Source of the DNA: an uncultured Candidatus Saccharibacteria bacterium
GTDB taxonomy: Bacteria; Patescibacteriota; UBA1384; XYA2-FULL-43-10; 1-14-0-10-43-13
Direction of reading: 5' to 3'
NCBI GenBank assembly: GCA_964543385.1
Contig: CAZIYE010000001.1
Coordinates: 450,001-482,000, forward strand
Length of the DNA stretch: 32,000 nt
Both the position numbers and the translations under genes were made by a program. Shown one piece after another: positions 8,619 to 15,594 of this stretch. The notes beneath the pieces are model-generated. The model saw only the letters and a program-made list of their open reading frames with translations, did no database searches and was not told the DNA's origin. Numbering within the stretch: the stretch's first letter is position 1; the number at the start of each line of letters is the position of its first letter.

Positions 8619-8647
8619 TTGAGAACAGCCTGATAATATGGTATAAA
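8619..8647 (+). promoter_or_regulatory. Putative promoter of tRNA-Gln
   Basis: TTGAGA (8619-8624), 17 nt spacer, then TGgTATAAA (-10 at 8642-8647). It lies 17 nt upstream of the tRNA 5' end. Confidence 0.5.
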
Positions 8648-8664
8648 TTTAAGGACAATTATTC

Positions 8665-8738
8665 TCCGAGATCGTCTAGTGGCAGGACAGCAGATTCTGG
8701 ATCTGCTTACCTAGGTTCGAATCCTAGTCTCGGAACCA
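8665..8738 (+). tRNA. tRNA-Gln (anticodon CUG), CCA encoded
   Basis: TCCGAGATCGTCTAGTGGCAGGACAGCAGATTCTGGATCTGCTTACCTAGGTTCGAATCCTAGTCTCGGAACCA. U1-A72 acceptor. Anticodon stem GCAGA/TCTGC, loop UUCUGGA. Confidence 0.85.
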
Positions 8739-8742
8739 TAAT

Positions 8743-8768
8743 AAAAACACCAATTTCTTGGTGTTTTT
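8743..8768. terminator. Bidirectional intrinsic terminator (tRNA-Gln on +, helicase on -)
   Basis: AAAAACACCAA (8743-8753) / TTGGTGTTTTT (8758-8768) with a 4-nt loop. Confidence 0.75.
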
Positions 8769-8789
8769 ATTTATATATCTAGGTCTTTG

Positions 8790-10241
8790 TTATCTTGCTT
8801 CGACGAATGTCAGAGCTTTACCCTTTTTATCTCCGCGACCAGTTCGGCCAATACGGTGGATATAGTCGTCATATGTCTGAGGAACAGTGTAGTTGATGAC
8901 ATGTGAAATATCTTTGATATCAAGTCCTCTAGCTGCAACGTCAGTCGCAACAAGTATATTGATCGAATTATTTCTAAATTGAGTCAAAGCTTTTAGCCTT
9001 TGGTTTTGCTTCTTATCACCATGTATAGACTCTGCTCGGAAACCTTCTCCGATCAAATTCTGAGTCAATCTCTCCACTTCCATTTTGGTTTCGATAAAGA
9101 TAAGAACTTTTTTTAGCTCATCTTGTTTCAAAATTTCCTGGAGTTGGGTAAATTTAACTGCCCTATCTCGTACTCGAACAATATCCTGCTCAACATTTTG
9201 GGCCGTTTCGCCAGTTTTGATCTCCACAGTGACAGGATTGTTTAGGAATTTAGATACTAAATCTCTAATTTTTATAGGCATTGTCGCTGAAAAGAATAAA
9301 GACTGTCTATTTTCTGGTAAGACATTCAATATCTCTCTGATTTCATCAACGAAACCCATATCTAACATACGATCTACTTCGTCGAGAACAATATTGGTAA
9401 AGGATTCAAATTTTATTAGATTTCGTTCACTCAAATCTTTAAGTCTGCCGGGAGTACCAATAACAAAGTTTGGATTTCTTCGTAAGTTATTAATTTGCTT
9501 GAATATTGGTGATCCACCAACACAAATTGCTGAGAAAAGCTTCATTCCCCATGAGAATTCTCTGAATTCATTCTCTATCTGAATAGCCAATTCTCTAGTT
9601 GGAGCAATGATCAAAACTTTTTCAGATTTATCTTTGAAAACTTTATTAATCAAAGGCAGTAAAAAAGCACCAGTCTTGCCTGTACCTGTATTCGCTAATC
9701 CAACCATGTCTCTGCCTTCCATAATCGGCAAAATAGCCTGATCCTGAATAGGAGTAGGGGTTGTAAACATTTTTTTACGAAGGTTATTCTGTATCTCTTC
9801 ACAAAGTTGAAAATCAGCAAAAGAGTTTTTTATCTCTACTGGCTTATTTTGGACATTCTCAGTAGCGTTCTGAACAAATCGTGAAATATCAATCTTCTCT
9901 CCCCGTCTTTTTCCTGTTGGCCTTGAACTAAATCTTCTTGGCCCACTAGAAAAACTAGAACGAGATCTTTGACCATCTCTACTGCCAAAAGAACTTCTCT
10001 GACCAAAAGGCCTTGAAGAACTCTGGCTATCTCTATTAAATCCCCCTTGAGAGCCGAAAGAGCTACCACCGTCTCTATTGCCAGAAGCATTTCGCGCACC
10101 AAATGTTCTAGTTGCGCCCTGTCCTTCTCTGCTTCCAGAGGAACTACGTGAATTAAATGGTCTGGAGCTACTTTGACCTGTTCTGCTTCCAAAAGTGCTT
10201 CGTGCAGCAAAAGAGGCTCGCCCCGATGTGTTTCCTTGCAT
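8790..10241 (-). CDS. DEAD-box (DEVD variant) ATP-dependent RNA helicase with N-terminal S/R/G/F-rich low-complexity domain
   Basis: Q motif FTTPTPIQ, motif I ANTGTGKT, Ia PTRELA, II DEVD, III SAT, V TDVAARGLD, VI HRIGRTGRG. The ATG at 10241 is preferred over the TTG at 10283. Confidence 0.9.
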   Translation of the reverse strand: MQGNTSGRASFAARSTFGSRTGQSSSRPFNSRSSSGSREGQGATRTFGARNASGNRDGGSSFGSQGGFNRDSQSSSRPFGQRSSFGSRDGQRSRSSFSSGPRRFSSRPTGKRRGEKIDISRFVQNATENVQNKPVEIKNSFADFQLCEEIQNNLRKKMFTTPTPIQDQAILPIMEGRDMVGLANTGTGKTGAFLLPLINKVFKDKSEKVLIIAPTRELAIQIENEFREFSWGMKLFSAICVGGSPIFKQINNLRRNPNFVIGTPGRLKDLSERNLIKFESFTNIVLDEVDRMLDMGFVDEIREILNVLPENRQSLFFSATMPIKIRDLVSKFLNNPVTVEIKTGETAQNVEQDIVRVRDRAVKFTQLQEILKQDELKKVLIFIETKMEVERLTQNLIGEGFRAESIHGDKKQNQRLKALTQFRNNSINILVATDVAARGLDIKDISHVINYTVPQTYDDYIHRIGRTGRGDKKGKALTFVEAR

Positions 10242-10406
10242 AAAAATGCTTTCCAATGCACCAAAAAAATATGTTTGGTACAAATAATTATAAATTTCGA
10301 ATTGCTGTATAGAACTTCGAAATCTTAATTATTTCTTGGAAAATCTATAGAACAAATTCATATTTTTTATACTATAACACGTAAATTTAATTAATGCAAG
10401 TGTTAT

Positions 10407-11507
10407 TTAAATTTTATGGTAAAGATCCTCTAGTTTTTCGATAACAGATGGCCAGCAAAATTTAGGTAAATCTTTCAGAGCATTTTTGGCCAAATTTGCT
10501 GCCAAGGTAGGTTTACTCAGGAGTTCAACAATCGCTTTTGCTAGCAACTCTGGATTCTTCCTCTCAACCAGCAATCCATTCATTTTGTCTCTGACAATAT
10601 CAGTAACTCCGCCAGATTTAGTGACAACAACGGGGATATGATTGTTCATCGCTTCCAATATTGAGATACCAAAAGTTTCAGAAATTGATGACGATACAAA
10701 AACATCCCAATTTGATAAATATTTTGGCAAACCAATCTTGTGCCCAAGCAACGACACATTTTTTTGCAGATTTAGACGCCTTATCTCTGCTAGTATATTA
10801 TCTCTTTCACTTCCTTCTCCAATAATCTCAAGTTTTACTGTGGGATATTTTTTAATAATATAAGGCAATGCTCTAATTAAATATATGTGCCCTTTTTGCG
10901 GATTCAAGTTCCCTATCGTCCCTATGATCAAATCTCTACTTGTATTTTTAATAGCCAGTTTTTCGTTTAGGTCAATGCCATTATTAATCACTGATACCTT
11001 ATCAGCAGGAACCTTGATGCCTGATAGATATTCCTTCACGGAAGAAGAAACAGCAATTATATGATCGCTCCTCCTATACACAAAATTCATCATCTGGGCC
11101 TGGATAAAACCATCTAGTAAGCCAGGCAAACGATAGAATTTAGTATAATTATGCTCAGTAAAAATTATTGCTGCACTTTTGGGGGCTGCTATATTAGAAA
11201 AAAAGCCTGCTCTCGGCCCGTGAGAGTGAATAATCAATTTTGTGAATGGGTTATCCGAGGATTGGATCTTGCACAGCTCTTTTTTTAGATCCAAGATCGT
11301 TTTAAAATCAAATTTGCTTCTAAAAGGTAGATTCGCGACTTTCACCTCTTTAATACCCCTGGCATTTTTAGATAAGAAACCGGCAGGGCAGATAAGATAA
11401 CAATCGAATTTGTTTTTATCGATATTCTGAAGTATGCCCAAAACATGGGTAGAGCCACCGCCTATCTCAGAATCACTAATGATTTGAATTAGTTTTATCT
11501 TTTGCAT
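10407..11507 (-). CDS. Glycosyltransferase, family 4 (GT-B fold)
   Basis: N-terminal GGGSTHV-type motif. C-terminal EX7E region SETFGISILEAMNNHIPVVVTKSGG. About 366 aa. Confidence 0.8.
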   Translation of the reverse strand: MQKIKLIQIISDSEIGGGSTHVLGILQNIDKNKFDCYLICPAGFLSKNARGIKEVKVANLPFRSKFDFKTILDLKKELCKIQSSDNPFTKLIIHSHGPRAGFFSNIAAPKSAAIIFTEHNYTKFYRLPGLLDGFIQAQMMNFVYRRSDHIIAVSSSVKEYLSGIKVPADKVSVINNGIDLNEKLAIKNTSRDLIIGTIGNLNPQKGHIYLIRALPYIIKKYPTVKLEIIGEGSERDNILAEIRRLNLQKNVSLLGHKIGLPKYLSNWDVFVSSSISETFGISILEAMNNHIPVVVTKSGGVTDIVRDKMNGLLVERKNPELLAKAIVELLSKPTLAANLAKNALKDLPKFCWPSVIEKLEDLYHKI

Positions 11508-11514
11508 TATAAAT

Positions 11515-11523
11515 ATTGTACCA
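11515..11523 (-). promoter_or_regulatory. Extended -10 promoter element of the GT4 gene (leaderless configuration)
   Basis: The minus strand reads TGGTACAAT, then 7 nt (ATTTATA), then the ATG at 11507. There is no SD. The T of the TG is the last T of the gltX terminator T-tract. Confidence 0.45.
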
Positions 11524-11554
11524 AAAAAAGACTAAATCTCAATCTAGTCTTTTT
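11523..11554 (-). terminator. Intrinsic terminator of gltX
   Basis: Minus strand: AAAAAGACTA / TAGTCTTTTT stem with a 10-nt loop, followed by a T7 tract. It begins 10 nt after the gltX TAG. Confidence 0.75.
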
Positions 11555-11563
11555 ATTTCTCTA

Positions 11564-12967
11564 CTAAACCAACTTTTTTATTGCGTTTGAGATTCTTTTC
11601 AGAGTCTCTTCTTGCCCCAGCGCCACCATCAATTCAACTGGTGAAGGCGACTTTTCACTGCCAGAGAGAGCAACCCGAACCGGCCAAAAAACATCACCGT
11701 TGGTCATACCGTTTTCAGTAACTGTATATTCGAGAGCTTTTTGAACATTATTTGCACTCCATTCATCCTCAACAGTCAACTTTTCATTTACAATTTGCAA
11801 TGCGATTGTCGTATTCTTCTTATCAGACTTTTTAAATATTAGTATTTCGGCTTTATAATCTGGCTCTGCGCGCAAAACCATAATATACTCTGCCATTTCT
11901 TTTAGTGTCGCATAACCACCTCGAAGCAAAAGTGCTATCTCGCCATCAGTCATATCGTTAACATCAAAATTTTTAAGTTCAGCCTTCAGTCTTTTCGGCT
12001 CAAGTTTCATCAGATAATAAGAATTGATGCTATTTAGTTTCTCGAGATTAAATATTGCAGGCGCCTTATTTACCTCTTCAATCTTGAATTCATTTTTAAG
12101 TTCAGCGAGAGTAAAAAACTCCCGATCATCACCTGGATTCCAGCCCATCAAAACTAAGAAATTAATAACTGCCTCCGGTAAATAACCCAATTTCTTGTAT
12201 TCACTAATGCCTGTTGCCCCATGTCGCTTCGATAATTTTGTTTTATCAGATGCCAATATCATCGATAAATGAGCAAACTCTGGCGCTTGCCAACCGAACA
12301 TCCGATAAAGAGTTAAATGTTTTGGCGTCGAAGACAACCACTCTTCGCCACGAATGACGTGTGTGATTTCCATTTCATGATCATCTACAATAGCCGCTAA
12401 GTGATATGTTGGGAAACCATCAGATTTTATAATTACCTGATCATCAGAAAGCGACAAATCGAATTCAATATTCCCTCTTATCAGATCGTGAACAATTACT
12501 TTGCCACTCTTTGGCATCTTCATTCGAATGACATATTCTCCCTCTTTAACATCCTCAATTTTTATTCCAGCTTCTCGACAATGCCCCTCATAGCCAGTTG
12601 GTCTTTTTTCTGACTCCTGTCGTTTCCGATCCTCATCTAGTCTTTCGCGTGTACAAGTACATATGTAAGCTTTACCTTCTTTTAGAAGTTGCAGGGCATA
12701 AGATTTATATATACCAATTCTTTTTGTCTGGTAAACGATGTCATCAAGATTGTCAGGAACTAAATTCATCCACTTCAAAGCATCGATAATTTTTTCAATC
12801 GATCCTTCAACATAACGACCACGATCAGTATCTTCAATTCTTAAATAAAACTTGCCACCGGTACTTTTGGCTGCCAAATACTCAAAAAGAGCTGTCCTAA
12901 AGTTACCAATGTGTGGCTCTCCTGTCGGACTCGGCGCAAAACGTGTAATGATTTTTTCTTTATTCAT
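11564..12967 (-). CDS. gltX: Glutamyl-tRNA synthetase
   Basis: HIGH motif PTGEPHIGNFRTALF, KMSKS variant KLSKRHG and WLSSTPKH. 467 aa. Confidence 0.93.
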   Translation of the reverse strand: MNKEKIITRFAPSPTGEPHIGNFRTALFEYLAAKSTGGKFYLRIEDTDRGRYVEGSIEKIIDALKWMNLVPDNLDDIVYQTKRIGIYKSYALQLLKEGKAYICTCTRERLDEDRKRQESEKRPTGYEGHCREAGIKIEDVKEGEYVIRMKMPKSGKVIVHDLIRGNIEFDLSLSDDQVIIKSDGFPTYHLAAIVDDHEMEITHVIRGEEWLSSTPKHLTLYRMFGWQAPEFAHLSMILASDKTKLSKRHGATGISEYKKLGYLPEAVINFLVLMGWNPGDDREFFTLAELKNEFKIEEVNKAPAIFNLEKLNSINSYYLMKLEPKRLKAELKNFDVNDMTDGEIALLLRGGYATLKEMAEYIMVLRAEPDYKAEILIFKKSDKKNTTIALQIVNEKLTVEDEWSANNVQKALEYTVTENGMTNGDVFWPVRVALSGSEKSPSPVELMVALGQEETLKRISNAIKKLV

Positions 12968-13047
12968 AGGATTAAATTAACACAAAATTAATAGTTATTG
13001 AATAGGAGAAAACCAAATTACTCTTTCTACATTCCACATTCTACTTT

Positions 13048-13410
13048 CTATCCTTCCACTGCGCTCTCGATATGTTCGATCTTTGGTCCGCCCATACTTA
13101 TATCGACGCCGATAACGTCAATTCTTATTGTCCGATCTGGATATTTCTGAGAGATAGCCCGAGCTAACAAACGAAGCTTGTTCTGCTTGGCAAATCTAAC
13201 CAAGTCTTGCGCCAATCCGAAGCCACTGCCCCTTACAGTTTTAACCTCGGCTATTACAATAGTTCTTTTGTATTCTGCCAATATGTCAATCTCACCAAAA
13301 GAAAAATTAATATTACGGTCTATAATTTTATAGCCTTTATATTCAAGGTATTCAACGGCTAAATCCTCACCGAAGTTACCAACATTTCGGTTTTCTTGTT
13401 TATTAGACAT
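13048..13410 (-). CDS. yraN: YraN-family (UPF0102) putative endonuclease
   Basis: GEDLAVEYLEYKGYKIIDRN...GEIDILA...VIAEVKT is the characteristic YraN/PD-(D/E)xK core. 120 aa. Confidence 0.8.
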   Translation of the reverse strand: MSNKQENRNVGNFGEDLAVEYLEYKGYKIIDRNINFSFGEIDILAEYKRTIVIAEVKTVRGSGFGLAQDLVRFAKQNKLRLLARAISQKYPDRTIRIDVIGVDISMGGPKIEHIESAVEG

Positions 13411-13418
13411 TAAGTGAT

Positions 13419-13427
13419 ATTATAACA
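13419..13427 (-). promoter_or_regulatory. Extended -10 promoter element of yraN (leaderless configuration)
   Basis: The minus strand reads TGTTATAAT, then 8 nt (ATCACTTA), then the ATG at 13410. There is no SD. It lies directly after the rplS terminator T-tract. Confidence 0.45.
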
Positions 13428-13428
13428 G

Positions 13429-13455
13429 AAAAATGCCCCGATTGGGGGCATTTTT
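13429..13455 (-). terminator. Intrinsic terminator after rplS
   Basis: AAAAATGCCCC (13429-13439) / GGGGCATTTTT (13445-13455) with a 5-nt loop. The symmetric A/T tracts could act in both directions. Confidence 0.8.
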
Positions 13456-13486
13456 CATCAGAGCCATATATATAACTTGGTAGTTA

Positions 13487-14008
13487 TTATTTTGTTTCTT
13501 CTTCCTTTTTGTCTTCAACGATTCTGTCTCCAGCAAGTGCTTCTGCTTTTGCAGATAGTTCTGCTTCTTCGGCAGCTTTCTTAGCTGCGTCTGCTTCAGC
13601 CGCAGCAGCTGTTTCGGCTGCAATTTTCTCGAGCTCTTCTTCAGCGCCCTTCTCTTCCCAAACTTTATGATCACGATTTAAGTCTTTGAGTCTAGCATTT
13701 TTGCCGGAAAGATTTCTCATATAATAAAGCTTACTTCGTCTAACTTTAGATTGTTTTACTCTTTCGACTTTGACAACTCTAGGGCTATGTAATGGAAATA
13801 CTCTCTCAACACCGACGCCAAAGGATTCTTTGCGTACGGTAAAGGTACCGTCTAGACCAGCGCCGTGCTTAACAGCGATGACTAATCCTTCGAAGATCTG
13901 AACTCTTTCTTTAGCCCCTTCTTTGACCTTAAGATGAACTTTGACAGTGTCGCCGCTCTTAAGCTCAGGAGCATTTTTCTTCAAATATTTTTGTAAAACT
14001 TTTTCCAT
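13487..14008 (-). CDS. rplS: 50S ribosomal protein L19 with A/E/K-rich C-terminal extension
   Basis: KSGDTVKVHLKVKEGAKERVQIFEGLVIA...GTFTVRK...ERVFPLHSP is the L19 core. About 55 extra C-terminal residues. TAATG overlap with rpmA. Confidence 0.93.
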   Translation of the reverse strand: MEKVLQKYLKKNAPELKSGDTVKVHLKVKEGAKERVQIFEGLVIAVKHGAGLDGTFTVRKESFGVGVERVFPLHSPRVVKVERVKQSKVRRSKLYYMRNLSGKNARLKDLNRDHKVWEEKGAEEELEKIAAETAAAAEADAAKKAAEEAELSAKAEALAGDRIVEDKKEEETK

Positions 14009-14301
14009 TATTTACCTACCTTTGCGATTTCATCGACGTGAACAAATGTTCTTTTATCTTTATTGCCAGTAAAAGCAACTACCTTTTTCTCTTGGAAACG
14101 TACTGTTCCATCGATCTGAGAATAAAGAGTATAGTCATCACCCATCCCAACATTTTTGCCAGGATGAAACTTTGTACCGTGCTGACGAATGATAATTCCA
14201 CCGGCGGTGATTACTTGACCACCAAAAACTTTGACGCCCAATCTTTTACTTTGCGAATCTCTTCCTAGCCTGGTACTACCTGCGGCCTTCTTATGTGCCA
14301 T
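14008..14301 (-). CDS. rpmA: 50S ribosomal protein L27
   Basis: [29 protein letters not shown]...[12 protein letters not shown]. There is no Firmicute-type N-terminal propeptide. SD AGGGAG. Confidence 0.93.
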   Translation of the reverse strand: MAHKKAAGSTRLGRDSQSKRLGVKVFGGQVITAGGIIIRQHGTKFHPGKNVGMGDDYTLYSQIDGTVRFQEKKVVAFTGNKDKRTFVHVDEIAKVGK

Positions 14302-14341
14302 TGTAACTCCCTATTAATTAAACAAAACCCTACATTTTTCT

Positions 14342-15553
14342 TTATAGGGTTAGCAGCAAGATTTCTCTCTTGACTACTTGATAGTCTCTGCCATAAATTA
14401 GCGGCGACTGTTGCTCAGTATACCCAATTTTTTTGATTTCGTCAACACAATCACGATAAAGACTAAATCTCTTACCCTCTGTCGTTTCAACAAGTGGAAA
14501 TACAACGCAGAATACTGGTTTATAGGGCTTGAGGTCGGCCATATTGGCAAAAAATGAGATATAGAGATCTTTTACTTTGGCATATTCTCCTCTTGCCGCA
14601 CTTAGAGTGGGCATGAATTTTTTTGGTTCACCTAAATATGGCTCTGTCACAACTGCAAGATTAGCAGCAGATAAGGAACTGATAGCAGATAGGTATTGCC
14701 CAAAGTCAAACTTTGTCGCATCAGCCTGAATAATATTTAGTTTCTCTTCTCCTCTTTCCCCTCTCCTTTCCAAAAGCCAACTAGTATTATCCTGACTATC
14801 TCCTACTGCTTTTTCTGAAACATCAGCGCCAAAAGTATTATAACCAAGCATCAAAGATTCCATTAAAATATTTCCTGATCCACAAAAAGGATCAATGACA
14901 AGTATTTCATGCCGTGAATTTTTTTCAAGGGCGAGATTTATCATTATTCTTGCTAATTTAGGTGGTAGCATACCAGAATATTTGTCGCCAGCAGGCTTCT
15001 CATAATCACGCACGCTCCATTCGACGGGATTAGTCGTCGCTACAAGAACTCCGATTGACTCATTAAATAGGCCAAATTCAAAACCTTCTTCAACTAGCTT
15101 GCTCTTTAAAGACAAAATTGTTGAAACCTCTTTGCCTTCTCTGTTTTCCACAAAACGAGAAGAGATTTTGCCCTTAAAATTCTTCTTCATTTCGAGTCCA
15201 AGGCTATTTAGGCGTCTTTGATCAAATTTAATAGAATATGAAGACAATGCAAAATTGAATTTGCCATCTTTTTTTAAATTAGTTTGAATATATGTTTCTA
15301 AAACTGACTTAAATTTTTCATCCATCGGAGCGATGATCTTAAAAATTTTTATTGTTCCGCCTAGAACTGCCAAAAGATCCACCATATTTATTGGCGCCTT
15401 AGTAATATTGATGAAAGCAACATTGTCGGCTACACTAAAGTCACCAAAACAAAAACCAAATCTTAAAAATACCGCTTTCAGTTCGGCCAAACAAAGTTCT
15501 CTCTCTCGTCCGAGGACAAAAGCATATGTGTTTATTGTTGACAAATTATCCAT
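14342..15553 (-). CDS. Putative SAM-dependent RNA (or DNA) methyltransferase, UPF0020/Trm11-like
   Basis: LPPKLARIMINLA plus motif I DPFCGSGNILMES. The motif IV position reads TEPY (14647-14636) instead of D/NPPY. The ATG at 15553 is preferred over the track start 15652, which would overlap dnaE. Confidence 0.55.
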   Translation of the reverse strand: MDNLSTINTYAFVLGRERELCLAELKAVFLRFGFCFGDFSVADNVAFINITKAPINMVDLLAVLGGTIKIFKIIAPMDEKFKSVLETYIQTNLKKDGKFNFALSSYSIKFDQRRLNSLGLEMKKNFKGKISSRFVENREGKEVSTILSLKSKLVEEGFEFGLFNESIGVLVATTNPVEWSVRDYEKPAGDKYSGMLPPKLARIMINLALEKNSRHEILVIDPFCGSGNILMESLMLGYNTFGADVSEKAVGDSQDNTSWLLERRGERGEEKLNIIQADATKFDFGQYLSAISSLSAANLAVVTEPYLGEPKKFMPTLSAARGEYAKVKDLYISFFANMADLKPYKPVFCVVFPLVETTEGKRFSLYRDCVDEIKKIGYTEQQSPLIYGRDYQVVKREILLLTL

Positions 15554-15563
15554 ATTATTTTTA

Positions 15564-15572
15564 AGTATAACA
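15564..15572 (-). promoter_or_regulatory. Extended -10 element of the methyltransferase gene
   Basis: The minus strand reads TGTTATACT, then 10 nt (TAAAAATAAT), then the ATG at 15553. There is no SD. Confidence 0.4.
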
Positions 15573-15594
15573 TATATTAGGCTACAAATCAAAA

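Noticed and set aside
8594-8782. 62-aa ORF spanning tRNA-Gln, and likewise the 70-aa ORF at 23398-23610 spanning tRNA-Ser(GCU).
   Set aside because: Each reads straight through a well-folded tRNA gene and its terminator. The tRNA interpretation explains the sequence fully.
9836-10264. 142-aa antisense ORF, together with the 165-aa plus-strand ORF at 9085-9582, overlapping the helicase gene.
   Set aside because: The helicase frame carries every DEAD-box motif. The repeat-rich, stop-poor N-terminal region naturally leaves the opposite strand open. Neither alternative ORF has a recognisable motif or start context.
10294-10323. Inverted repeat ATTTCGAA-N14-TTCGAAAT between the GT4 stop and the helicase start, considered as a terminator or a 5'-UTR regulatory hairpin.
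   Set aside because: It is an 8-bp all-weak stem with a 14-nt loop and no clear T-tract, which is too marginal to call. A TATAAT box just downstream on the minus strand (about 10293-10288) suggests that the helicase promoter lies here anyway.
13420-13674. 84-aa K/Q/L-rich ORF overlapping the 3' end of rplS in another frame.
   Set aside because: It is an out-of-frame reading of the A/E/K-rich L19 tail and it crosses the terminator hairpin. It has no independent start signals.
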